Shown: positions 1 through 8,725 of the stretch, piece by piece
Numbering within the stretch: position 1 is the stretch's first letter
Layout of the letters: the number at the start of each line of letters is the position of its first letter
Assembly (NCBI GenBank): GCA_963696295.1
Contig: CAVOJR010000001.1
Coordinates: forward strand, 416,001-480,000
Direction of reading: 5' to 3'
Length of the DNA stretch: 64,000 nt
DNA from: an uncultured Chlamydiae bacterium
GTDB lineage: Bacteria > Chlamydiota > Chlamydiia > Chlamydiales > JAJFMB01
The notes under the pieces: generated by a model
Told to the model about the DNA's origin: nothing
What the model saw: the letters and a program-made list of their open reading frames with translations, nothing else
Databases searched by the model: none
Translations under genes and position numbers: made by a program

Positions 1-1
1 G

Positions 2-526
2 ATTGATCATTTTATCGCTCCCCATATCTCTTTTTGGGTGGAAGGGGAAAACGCCTTGAGCGCGGCGCTAAAAAAGCGGGGATTCCAGGCGGTGATGAGC
101 TGCCCTCTCATGACCTGGCAGACTGCCTCCCTGCCGGCGCCAAATCAGACCATCGCTCCCGCCGACGCCGAATTTCATTCTATCGTTGCGAAGACTTTTC
201 AATTTGACCAAACTGTCAAAGAGGGGTTTGCCAAATTGGTCGCGAATGTCGAAGCGGAGAACTATCTCATTTATGCGGAAGGCAAACCTGTCGGGACGGG
301 CACGCTCATCCCCAATGGGAAAACCGGGGGCATTTTTAATCTCGCCGTCCTTCCCGAATATCAAAGAAGGGGCTTGGGACGGGCCATGATGCAGTTTCTC
401 ATGCACAGAGCCGCCAAACTTCACCTGGAAAAAGTGGTTTTGCTAAGCTCCCCCATAGCCGAAAAGCTTTACGCAAGTCTTGGTTTTACAAAATCTACGG
501 CACTTGATATATACATTAGCTTATGA
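2..526 (+). CDS. GNAT-family acetyltransferase (5' end lies outside the window)
   Basis: Frame is open from base 2; acetyl-CoA motif A in LAVLPEYQRRGLG and C-terminal LYASLGF. Confidence 0.85.
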   Translation: MDHFIAPHISFWVEGENALSAALKKRGFQAVMSCPLMTWQTASLPAPNQTIAPADAEFHSIVAKTFQFDQTVKEGFAKLVANVEAENYLIYAEGKPVGTGTLIPNGKTGGIFNLAVLPEYQRRGLGRAMMQFLMHRAAKLHLEKVVLLSSPIAEKLYASLGFTKSTALDIYISL

Positions 527-1320
527 AGAACGATGAAAGCTATTGGGACGAAAAACTGGTCAGAACCTATGTCCACAACTCCGAAATGCAGCGGCGCTGG
601 GCTATCGCCTTCTTAGCTGATCATTTGAAGGGGTTGAAAGGGGATGAACGCGTGCTGGATGTCGGCTGCGGGGATGGCCGGATTACGGCCGACCTCTCCC
701 GGTTCGTTCCCGGAGGTTTTGCGACCGGGATAGACCCTTCAGAGGCGATGCTGGATTGGGCCGGAAAGCAATACCACTCCCTGGAATACCCCAACTTGAG
801 CTTTAAAAAAGGGGGATTTTTAAATCCCGGAAAAGACCAATTCGATCTCGTCATCAGTTGCTGCGCCTTCCAACAATGCCCAGAACAAGAGAGAGGTTTG
901 AGCCGGCTGGCTGATCTGGTGAAACCGGGCGGCAAATTGCTCCTTACAATGCCCGCCTCTTTCAATCCCGCCTGGAATCAAGCCGCAAAAAATATCCAGG
1001 CTGCCCCCAAGTGGTCCCGCTACTGGCAAGGAGGGGCGCAATGGGCCAGACTGAGCGCCAAGGAAATCGCCTCAATTCTTGAATCAAAAGGCTTTACTGT
1101 GCATGCGCGAGAGAATCATACCAAAGACCCCTTTATCGACCGGGAGGAATTAGCGGGCATGCTGCGAGGCATTTATCCCTCCGTTCTACCGGAGGAGTTG
1201 GAAGGACAATTTTTTCAGGAGTTGATCGACGAATATCTCCGCTTACGGCCTGAGGGAATGGAGAGTTCAGGCGTCATTTATCTCGAATGCGGCTATATAA
1301 GCATCGCAGCGAATCTGTAA
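523..1320 (+). CDS. Class I SAM-dependent methyltransferase (trans-aconitate MT-like)
   Basis: VLDVGCGDG motif I, GIDPSEAML, LVKPGGKLL; ATGA overlap with the upstream gene. Confidence 0.85.
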   Translation: MKNDESYWDEKLVRTYVHNSEMQRRWAIAFLADHLKGLKGDERVLDVGCGDGRITADLSRFVPGGFATGIDPSEAMLDWAGKQYHSLEYPNLSFKKGGFLNPGKDQFDLVISCCAFQQCPEQERGLSRLADLVKPGGKLLLTMPASFNPAWNQAAKNIQAAPKWSRYWQGGAQWARLSAKEIASILESKGFTVHARENHTKDPFIDREELAGMLRGIYPSVLPEELEGQFFQELIDEYLRLRPEGMESSGVIYLECGYISIAANL

Positions 1321-1343
1321 ATGGTGCAATTTTCGCACACTTC

Positions 1344-1372
1344 TTGCCATAAATTGACAAATATAGTACACT
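1344..1372 (+). promoter_or_regulatory. Putative sigma66/sigma70 promoter of the XRE-peptidase/PIN operon
   Basis: TTGCCA-N17-TACACT, 13 nt upstream of ATG 1386. Confidence 0.5.
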
Positions 1373-1385
1373 TAAGCCAGAGTAC

Positions 1386-2615
1386 ATGGAAGAAATTATG
1401 GATAAAAAACACCTGGGAAAAAAAATTCAACTCGAGAGAAAGAAAAGGGGTTTAACTCAAGAATATGTCGAAAAACACTTGGGACTTCCTCAAAAAGCTA
1501 TGTCTCGAATTGAAGCAGGGGAAAGAAATCCTTCAACGCTCGAACTAGCAAAATTGAGCGAGTTATTTCATTTATCCATTGCAGATTTTTTCAAAGGTGA
1601 TGAATCTGATGAAGATCCTCTCATTGCTTTGCATCGGATAGCACCTGGATTAGAGCAAGACCCTGTCATTCAAGAAGAAGTAAACCGCTGTGTTCTTCTT
1701 TGCAAAGAAGCAATTTTTTTGGAAAAACTATTAGAGCAACCTTCAAGACCCTGCGTGACTTTTTCTTCATTTGCAAAACCCTCTAATCTTTCCGAAGCGA
1801 TCAGACAAGGGGATCAAGCTGCAAAAGAAGAACGTAGAAGGCTAGGTTTGGGCGGCATTCCCCTTTCGGAGATTTTTGAACTGCTGACTTCACAAGGAGT
1901 TTGGTGTGCAGCAACTCAATTGCCTCCTGAAATGTCCGGCCTTTTTATATACCACTCCTCGATCGGAAGGGTAATCCTTGTAAACCTTTTCCATAATAAA
2001 GCAAGACAAAAATTTTCATGTGCTCATGAATACGCACACGCACTCTTCGATACGGATCATCAGGTTATGATTTCCAATAGCCAAAATTCTTCAGAATTTA
2101 TAGAAAAACGAGCCAACGCCTTTGCCGCATCCTTTCTGATGCCTGAAGAGGGGATTCAGGAAATAATGGCTTTTTTGAATAAAGGATCACAGAGTAGAAA
2201 TCTTAGTTCCATCTATGATGTGTCTACGCAAGGAATTATCGAGAATGAAGAGCGGCGGCTGGTGAAAAACCAAAAACTTTTACCCCAAGATATAGCGGTT
2301 ATCGCTAACCGTTTTGGAGTCAGTTACCAAGCGGCAGTCTATCGTTTACACAGTTTGCGCTTTTTATCTCAAAAGGAACGGGAGGACTTAATGGGAGAAG
2401 AAAGCAAAGGAAAGGATTATCTTCATCTTTTGGATCTGGATTTAGAACAAACGGGTCAGAATCAATCTAACTTGCGCGAGCTAAGAACTTATGTTTCACG
2501 TTTAGTCATAGAAGCTTATAGGCAAGAAAAAATATCACGCGGCCGAGTTATTGAGATAAGTAAACTTCTGAAATTGCCCCCTCAAAAACTGATAGAACTC
2601 GCTAATAATGAATAA
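1386..2615 (+). CDS. XRE-family HTH fused to ImmA/IrrE (DUF955) zinc metallopeptidase
   Basis: N-terminal HTH_3 (ERKKRGLTQE...SRIEAGERNPS); HEYAH HExxH motif; EKRANAFAASFLMP. Confidence 0.9.
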   Translation: MEEIMDKKHLGKKIQLERKKRGLTQEYVEKHLGLPQKAMSRIEAGERNPSTLELAKLSELFHLSIADFFKGDESDEDPLIALHRIAPGLEQDPVIQEEVNRCVLLCKEAIFLEKLLEQPSRPCVTFSSFAKPSNLSEAIRQGDQAAKEERRRLGLGGIPLSEIFELLTSQGVWCAATQLPPEMSGLFIYHSSIGRVILVNLFHNKARQKFSCAHEYAHALFDTDHQVMISNSQNSSEFIEKRANAFAASFLMPEEGIQEIMAFLNKGSQSRNLSSIYDVSTQGIIENEERRLVKNQKLLPQDIAVIANRFGVSYQAAVYRLHSLRFLSQKEREDLMGEESKGKDYLHLLDLDLEQTGQNQSNLRELRTYVSRLVIEAYRQEKISRGRVIEISKLLKLPPQKLIELANNE

Positions 2616-3132
2616 GCCCATCTCCCGCGACTCTTCTGTTCTTATCAATTTTCTTCGGATCAATCGTCTCGATCTGTTTGAAAAATGTTCCTATTCCTTT
2701 TTTATTACAGACCACGTTCAGGATGAAATTTCTACTTGTTTCCCCGATCAACTTGATTGCTTAATGAGAGGTTTAAATCAAAATACTCTTCAAAAAGTCA
2801 ATGTAGAGTCTCCAAAAGAATTTTCCGTTTTTGCCGACTTATGCCAAAGCGGGCAACTGGGCGCAGGTGAATGTGCTGCAATTGCTGTCGCCAGTTGTCG
2901 AGAGTATTGCTTGGCGATTGATGACACTCAGGCAATCAAAAAAACTAAAGATCTTCTCCCTCCATCCAGTCTAGTGCGTACTCAAGATCTCATATTAATT
3001 ATGATTCAAGAACAATTACTAGATATAGAAGAGGCGGATAAACTGAAAGAAACATGGGCAATGCAACATCGATTTAAATTGAAAATTAAAAGTTTTAGCG
3101 AATTAGTTCATTCAATAAAAATTCATACTTGA
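2608..3132 (+). CDS. PIN-domain protein (DUF3368-like), putative ribonuclease toxin
   Basis: DSSVLINF, VQDEI, LGAGECAAIA, LAIDD acidic PIN pattern; overlaps the upstream stop. Confidence 0.8.
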   Translation: MNKPISRDSSVLINFLRINRLDLFEKCSYSFFITDHVQDEISTCFPDQLDCLMRGLNQNTLQKVNVESPKEFSVFADLCQSGQLGAGECAAIAVASCREYCLAIDDTQAIKKTKDLLPPSSLVRTQDLILIMIQEQLLDIEEADKLKETWAMQHRFKLKIKSFSELVHSIKIHT

Positions 3133-3157
3133 AAACTAATTTATTTTTTGTTATAAT
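3129..3157 (+). promoter_or_regulatory. Putative sigma66 promoter (extended -10)
   Basis: TTGAAA-N17-TATAAT with TG upstream of the -10; GGAG RBS before ATG 3179. Confidence 0.6.
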
Positions 3158-3178
3158 TTTAGCTTTTTTGGAGTTTCT

Positions 3179-4720
3179 ATGAAAACCAGCTTCAATATAG
3201 ATTTTTATCGCACCCATTGGGAAAAGCAATTAAACGACATTCCCATGGGACGGCTTGATAAACTTTCCGCTTTCGCCAAAAATTTGTTTAAAGATGTCGC
3301 TTTTCTCAGCGGTATTGGCGCGGCGGGATACTTGCTGGCTACTCGAGTCGTAACACCTGCTTTTCTTGGATTAAGCGCCCTGACCGTCTCATTGGCGGCC
3401 TTAAGCTCTCTCTTTAAGGACAGGAAGCAGGAGGACAAGAAGCTTATTAAGAAAGGAATGGACATCGCTATCGATATTTATACGTACACCCGCAGCTATG
3501 TCGAACTAAAGGAAAAGCTTAAGAATTTGCCAGAGGTAAAACAACTTTTTAGCGGCAGTGTGGTGCTCAATGAGCTGTTCAGAAAGTATATGGCCGATAG
3601 TCGAAAATATACGGAAACAAGAGACGGATTGCTGGTTGATCATAAATTCGAATTTGAATTTGACGATACAAATAAACAAAAGCTGGTAGAAAAGATCAAT
3701 AAACAGATACGCCTGGAAAATTTCCCAATACTCGCTGCCGATCACGGATTGGGAATCAAGAGCCAGCTCCAAAATATGGGGGCCGACTTAGAGCTCGTCC
3801 GTCAAAAAGCCTACAAAGGGTCTGACATAAGCGGCTACGACGAAGATGTGGTAAAAATTCTCCAAAAGGCCATTCTGGAACAGTGCTTTGATGCAAAATA
3901 CTCTATTGCTGAAGCCATGAAGCAAGAAGCCGTAATCAAGCTGAATATCTCAAAGCAACAGATGGTAAACTTCTATTTAGAAAAAGTTTACGTTTCTCCG
4001 GAGGAGGATTGGCTCCCCTTCATTGACAAAACTTTGCTCGTGAAGCGCTTTCTGGCTTTGGATTTTAAGCAAATGAACCAATACAAAGCCGACGCTCAAA
4101 AGATCGGGGTGGATAACATCGAGGAGCTGCTGCAGGAAAGGTTCAATAGTGACATGCTGAAAATCACAAACTTTAGTCAAATACCACCGGGGAGTGATCA
4201 ATACCTCGCCGTTTTCGCCAATGCCCATAAAGCGCATATGCATAAAATCGTCATCGGCGATCTCGTGACAAAATCTTATCTGCTCGATGCCAATGACCCG
4301 GTTTGCGCCTATCTCACACCGGAAATGAAAGCCGTGATTGAGAAAGCTTGCGAAAGCCACAAGAAAGAACTGGAATCGTATGAAAAAAATATAGCGAAAG
4401 TTGAGAAAATAAGAGGGGAACACCTCGACGTCCTTCCTTATACTCAAGGTCTTGAAGACGCCCTCGAGGTGACAAGAGCGAACATAAAAAACCTCTCTCA
4501 CAATCCTATAAAGCAAAAAGAGGAAGAGGAACAGGCTGAGCTTTTAGAAAAACAGATCAAGAAAATGAAAGCCGCTACGGCTGAGATTAATCAGAAGGCT
4601 AGAGACAACTTAAATAAACGATGCGATGAACAATTAGCCTTTTGGAAAACTTGGTTTGAGGGGAATACGCAGAATATTCAATACAGCTACCAGGCCGAAC
4701 TCCGTAAATTAAAACCCTAA
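3179..4720 (+). CDS. Inc-like protein: N-terminal bilobed hydrophobic segment and C-terminal coiled coil
   Basis: 513 aa; about 40-aa hydrophobic stretch VAFLSGIGAAGYLLA-TRVVTP-AFLGLSALTVSLAALSSLF; K/E-rich heptads at the C-terminus. Confidence 0.6.
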   Translation: MKTSFNIDFYRTHWEKQLNDIPMGRLDKLSAFAKNLFKDVAFLSGIGAAGYLLATRVVTPAFLGLSALTVSLAALSSLFKDRKQEDKKLIKKGMDIAIDIYTYTRSYVELKEKLKNLPEVKQLFSGSVVLNELFRKYMADSRKYTETRDGLLVDHKFEFEFDDTNKQKLVEKINKQIRLENFPILAADHGLGIKSQLQNMGADLELVRQKAYKGSDISGYDEDVVKILQKAILEQCFDAKYSIAEAMKQEAVIKLNISKQQMVNFYLEKVYVSPEEDWLPFIDKTLLVKRFLALDFKQMNQYKADAQKIGVDNIEELLQERFNSDMLKITNFSQIPPGSDQYLAVFANAHKAHMHKIVIGDLVTKSYLLDANDPVCAYLTPEMKAVIEKACESHKKELESYEKNIAKVEKIRGEHLDVLPYTQGLEDALEVTRANIKNLSHNPIKQKEEEEQAELLEKQIKKMKAATAEINQKARDNLNKRCDEQLAFWKTWFEGNTQNIQYSYQAELRKLKP

Positions 4721-5482
4721 AATCGCCCGGGCGACCTCTTGGGGCACCTCCAGCGGGCTGGAATGCCCCCCCTGCAGGCTTTTTTGCCCTGCCTGCAAAA
4801 AATGGGGCGCCAGTTGGGCGCACTCCTCAGGCAGACAGACAATATCCTCCTTCGAGGAAATAAGAAGGGACGGCACGGAGATGGGCTTGGAAAAACGGGA
4901 GATGTCAAACCCTTTAATGGCCTCTAATTGCCGCTCCAGATCCTCAATTTTTTGGGGGTAGGGATTGTTCATAATGCTCTTTTTAAAAGCGGCGATATTT
5001 TCCTTATTCTCCAGGTAGCGGGGAGAAAAAAACCAGGGCGCGCTGGTTTCTATCACAGTTTCTATGCGGGCATTTTCTTTAAGCAGCTTAAGAAAGCTTT
5101 CCAGAGCCATCAAGGTGCGCCGGTTTGTTTTTCCCGCGGAATTGAGGAGGATGAGCTTGCTGATGGCCTGAGGATATTTTTTTCCTATGATTTGCGCGAT
5201 CATTCCTCCCATCGACTGTCCGACGATGACGGGGCGGGTGATTTTGAGGGCCGAAAAAAGCTTTACGGTTTCATCGGCCATGAGCTCCAGGGAAAGGGGA
5301 GCGCCATCATCCACGGTCCGCCCGACCGCTCTATTGTCAAAAGCCAAAACCTGATGCTTTTTGATGAGCTCATCGAACACGGCGTTCCAAAAAGTGTGGT
5401 CGCAGGCATATCCGGCTATCAGGACAATGGGTTCTCCCCGCCCTTCCAGCCGGTAAAAGTAGCTAGCTTGATTGATGTGCAT
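4709..5482 (-). CDS. Alpha/beta-fold hydrolase (PcaD/enol-lactonase-like)
   Basis: FDNRAVGR, GQSMGG nucleophile elbow, C-terminal GGHS. Confidence 0.85.
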   Translation of the reverse strand: MHINQASYFYRLEGRGEPIVLIAGYACDHTFWNAVFDELIKKHQVLAFDNRAVGRTVDDGAPLSLELMADETVKLFSALKITRPVIVGQSMGGMIAQIIGKKYPQAISKLILLNSAGKTNRRTLMALESFLKLLKENARIETVIETSAPWFFSPRYLENKENIAAFKKSIMNNPYPQKIEDLERQLEAIKGFDISRFSKPISVPSLLISSKEDIVCLPEECAQLAPHFLQAGQKSLQGGHSSPLEVPQEVARAILGF

Positions 5483-6665
5483 ACTTGATAAACACCCAGT
5501 AGACGAAGAGGTTCACTAAAGTGAAGGGTATGCCATATTTGGCAAATTGAAAAAAGGAAAATGCCTTTTCCCCTCTTTTTTCGGCGTTTTGAATGATGAT
5601 AATATTGCTCGCGGCGCCAAAGATCAAAAAATTTCCGGCTATGGTGCTGCCGCAGGCCAGGGACATCAGCGAGGCGACTTCCTGCGATTGCTCCTGCAAA
5701 ACCGGAAGATAGAGCGCCACCATGGGCACGTTGGAAATCAGCTGGCTCAAAAGGAGGCTCACCAGCATTATCTCATACTGTTCCCCTTCAAAAGGGGGCA
5801 GGTAATGCTTTAAGGCGGATGTGCGCCAGACGCTCTCCATCAAAATAAACATCGCCATAAAGAAAACGAGCGTATGCCAGTCAATGAAAGAGAGAATCCG
5901 CTTTCTTTCCGGGCTGAAAAAAAGGATGAGGGCGGCGGGTATCAGCGCAATCAAAGAAAGGGGCAGGCGCCAGGGGGCCGCGATATTGAAAGCGATCAAG
6001 AGAAAGATCAGCGCGAGGGCTATATAGGCTAAATTTTTAAGGGGGGGATTGACAGGAGGCGCTTCGATTTCGAGATGGGCCGGTTTTTCTTTGCGCATGA
6101 GAAAAAAAAAGAGGAAGAATAAAAGTAGCAAGTTGATCAAAGTCGGCAGGGCTAGATAGCGAAAAAAGGCCTTAAAAGGGGAGGAGAGGTCCGCATTGAC
6201 GGCTATAAAGAGATTTTGCGGGTTTCCGATCGGCGACATCACGCTGCCGATAGTGACCGAAAAGGCGAGCAGCAGCAAAAGCCGCTCCAATGAAAGCCCC
6301 CTTTGACGGGCCACCGCCACCAATAATGGGGTGCCGATAATCGCCACGGTGTCGTTCATCAAAATGGCCGAAAGGAGGCCGGAGCCGAAGATAATGAGCA
6401 GTCCCAAAACGGGAAGGGAACATTTTACAACCCCAAAAGCCCCCGACTCTTCCAGCGCCTGTCCGACAACAAACATCCCGAACAAAAAAAAGATGACATT
6501 CCACTCAATGGACTCCCAGGCTTGGGGAAGAGATATTTGCCCGGTCAGCAGAACGACGCCTGCGCCAATCGTCATCATTTGCCAAATTTGAAGGGGGATG
6601 CGGAAGAGCTGCCTTAAGGCAATTCCCAAAAAAACGGCGAGCAACACAATCAGAGAAATAGACAT
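5463..6665 (-). CDS. ArsB/NhaD/CitM-type anion permease
   Basis: Multi-TM protein; SAILMNDT, SPIGNPQN, SQLISNVP, GAASNIII motifs. Confidence 0.85.
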   Translation of the reverse strand: MSISLIVLLAVFLGIALRQLFRIPLQIWQMMTIGAGVVLLTGQISLPQAWESIEWNVIFFLFGMFVVGQALEESGAFGVVKCSLPVLGLLIIFGSGLLSAILMNDTVAIIGTPLLVAVARQRGLSLERLLLLLAFSVTIGSVMSPIGNPQNLFIAVNADLSSPFKAFFRYLALPTLINLLLLFFLFFFLMRKEKPAHLEIEAPPVNPPLKNLAYIALALIFLLIAFNIAAPWRLPLSLIALIPAALILFFSPERKRILSFIDWHTLVFFMAMFILMESVWRTSALKHYLPPFEGEQYEIMLVSLLLSQLISNVPMVALYLPVLQEQSQEVASLMSLACGSTIAGNFLIFGAASNIIIIQNAEKRGEKAFSFFQFAKYGIPFTLVNLFVYWVFIKYAHQSS

Positions 6666-6741
6666 AGGACAATTTTAACTGATTTTTATTTTCAGAAAAA
6701 GTCTAATCTTGTATAATAATTGCTTTTTGTTGAGTGTTATT

Positions 6742-7482
6742 TTGAAACTGATCAGTTCCATTAAAGATCCCGCCTTTGAAGAATTAAGGAGAAACCGCAC
6801 CGTAAACGGGCGGAGGGAATTCCACACGTTCGTGATAGAAAATGAGGAGATGATCGCTCAGGCCGTTGAGGCCGGATTCGCGCTCAAAGCCGTTTATGCC
6901 GCTCAACCCCTATCCAGGAAACTGGCAACGCCGAATTTGTATGAGATCTCTCAGGGGATGATGGCGAAAGTCTTCAGCAATGAAACTCCCGGCGTGGCCG
7001 CCCTGGCCTTCAAAAAAGAAACCTTTTTGTCAAAAAAACCTTTGCTGCTCGTGCTGGATCAGATCCAAAACTGCAACAATATGGGCATGATTTTGCGCTC
7101 GGCCGAAGCGTTCGGCGTGGAAGGGGTGATTGTCATCCCCCATCCGACGGCCGACCTTTATGACCGCAACGTGATCAAAGCCTCAATGGGATCGTTTTTT
7201 CGCCTGCCCATAACTCTCTGTTCGGCCGATGAGGCTATAGAGTTTCTGAAAAAGAATAAAATTAACATCATCAGCACGGTTCCCGACACCGAACTCACCC
7301 TTGAGGCCGTGGGCAACGCCCTTCCCGCGGCTTTAGTGGTCGGCAATGAAACCCATGGCGTTTCAGACCCCTTTATCCGGGGCGCGGACACCTTGATCTC
7401 CATTCCGATGAAGGGGAAAATTCAGTCGCTGAATGTCGTTGTCGCCGCGTCGCTTTGCCTTTATCACTGGGGTATTAAATGA
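6742..7482 (+). CDS. TrmH/SpoU-family RNA 2'-O-methyltransferase
   Basis: NMGMILRSAEAFG, VVGNETHGVS, IPMKGKIQSLNV SPOUT motifs; TTG start inferred. Confidence 0.88.
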   Translation: MKLISSIKDPAFEELRRNRTVNGRREFHTFVIENEEMIAQAVEAGFALKAVYAAQPLSRKLATPNLYEISQGMMAKVFSNETPGVAALAFKKETFLSKKPLLLVLDQIQNCNNMGMILRSAEAFGVEGVIVIPHPTADLYDRNVIKASMGSFFRLPITLCSADEAIEFLKKNKINIISTVPDTELTLEAVGNALPAALVVGNETHGVSDPFIRGADTLISIPMKGKIQSLNVVVAASLCLYHWGIK

Positions 7483-7850
7483 ACATACCGGATGAATTTT
7501 ATTGTCCCATCAATTTAACCGTCATGACGCGGCCGAGAAAGCTGCCTTGCGGTCATAATTTTGAAAGCAACGCCATTTTGGAGTGGTTGGCTGAAAACCC
7601 TACCTGCCCCCTTGACCGCTCGGTAATTCACCACAACGTACCATTAAGAAGAAACAGGATGCTGCAAAGAAAAATTGTGCGCTTTTTTGATCAACATCCT
7701 GAACTGGAAAAGCCTCCAGGACTGATAAGGTCATCCAGAATAATAGACCTATTGAAAGATTTGAGAGACAAGATTTTGTTTACCGATATCTTTATCTCTC
7801 CCTCCAGCGACTTTTTTTGGAATCCGCATATATCTGTCCCTGAATATTGA
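7479..7850 (+). CDS. U-box domain protein (eukaryote-like E3 ubiquitin ligase candidate)
   Basis: IPDEFYCPINLTVMTRP..LPCGHNFE..AILEWL....TCPLDR matches the U-box pattern. Confidence 0.85.
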   Translation: MNIPDEFYCPINLTVMTRPRKLPCGHNFESNAILEWLAENPTCPLDRSVIHHNVPLRRNRMLQRKIVRFFDQHPELEKPPGLIRSSRIIDLLKDLRDKILFTDIFISPSSDFFWNPHISVPEY

Positions 7851-7859
7851 GTTCGACAT

Positions 7860-8717
7860 TTAGATTTTTCGCTTATGCCATAGTTGAATCACCCGGCCCG
7901 CCAAATAGCTTAGCCAAAAACCGGTAAATAGGGGCTGGAGGCAGGAGGTAAAGAAAAAGTTGAGTCCAAAAACGCCTGCGATTCCAAGAGCCGCCCGGCA
8001 AAAGCCCTGTTTGAATGAAGCGGACGGCGCTAAAAAACAGTTTTGCAGCGCCGAGAGGCACAATCCCCAGCCGATCGAAAGAAATGAAAGAGAGATTATC
8101 ATGGGCGTCTTTAACCCTTTGGCATAGGCGATGGCAAAAGCGATAAGCGGAATTTGGCTGAGCAAAAAGCGGCCGGCGAGGGGCATTTTTTCCAAAGCCT
8201 TCTCAATTTTTGGGAAAAGGCGGTAATACACAAGGACTAAAAGAGCCCCGACCATCCATCCTCCGGCCAAATCGCTTGGGAAATGAACGCCGAGATAGAC
8301 GCGGGAGAGGCTGAGCAGAAAAAAAAACAAAAAGCCCAAAATCCAGGCCCAGGCGGTGCGGAAGGTGCCGATCAGCAGGCAGGCTAAAATCATAGCGGTT
8401 TGCGCCGCGCCGCTCGGGAATCCGTAGATGCTTTTCATAGAGATCAGGTTTAAGCCGGGCTCGATAATAAAGGGTCTCGGCTCCTCAAATAGGACTTTAA
8501 GCGTATAGTTGATCAGGCCCGAAAGAGAAAGTATGTAAAAAACCCGGGCTCCGGAGCGCCAGTTACTCCCCAGCCAAACAGCCGGAATGAGCAGGGAAAA
8601 AAAATAGTAAGTGTCGAAAAAGTTCATAAAGATGAAAAAATCATCCAGCCACGGTGTTCTAAAAGTGTGGAGCCAATGGATGAGCGGCAGCTCTAACTGA
8701 TGAAGTCTTTCAAACAT
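7860..8717 (-). CDS. PAP2-family membrane phosphatase
   Basis: KVLFEEPRP, FPSG, SRVYLGVHFPSD motifs; start reassigned to ATG 8717 (MFERLHQ). Confidence 0.85.
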   Translation of the reverse strand: MFERLHQLELPLIHWLHTFRTPWLDDFFIFMNFFDTYYFFSLLIPAVWLGSNWRSGARVFYILSLSGLINYTLKVLFEEPRPFIIEPGLNLISMKSIYGFPSGAAQTAMILACLLIGTFRTAWAWILGFLFFFLLSLSRVYLGVHFPSDLAGGWMVGALLVLVYYRLFPKIEKALEKMPLAGRFLLSQIPLIAFAIAYAKGLKTPMIISLSFLSIGWGLCLSALQNCFLAPSASFKQGFCRAALGIAGVFGLNFFFTSCLQPLFTGFWLSYLAGRVIQLWHKRKI

Positions 8718-8725
8718 AACTCTCT

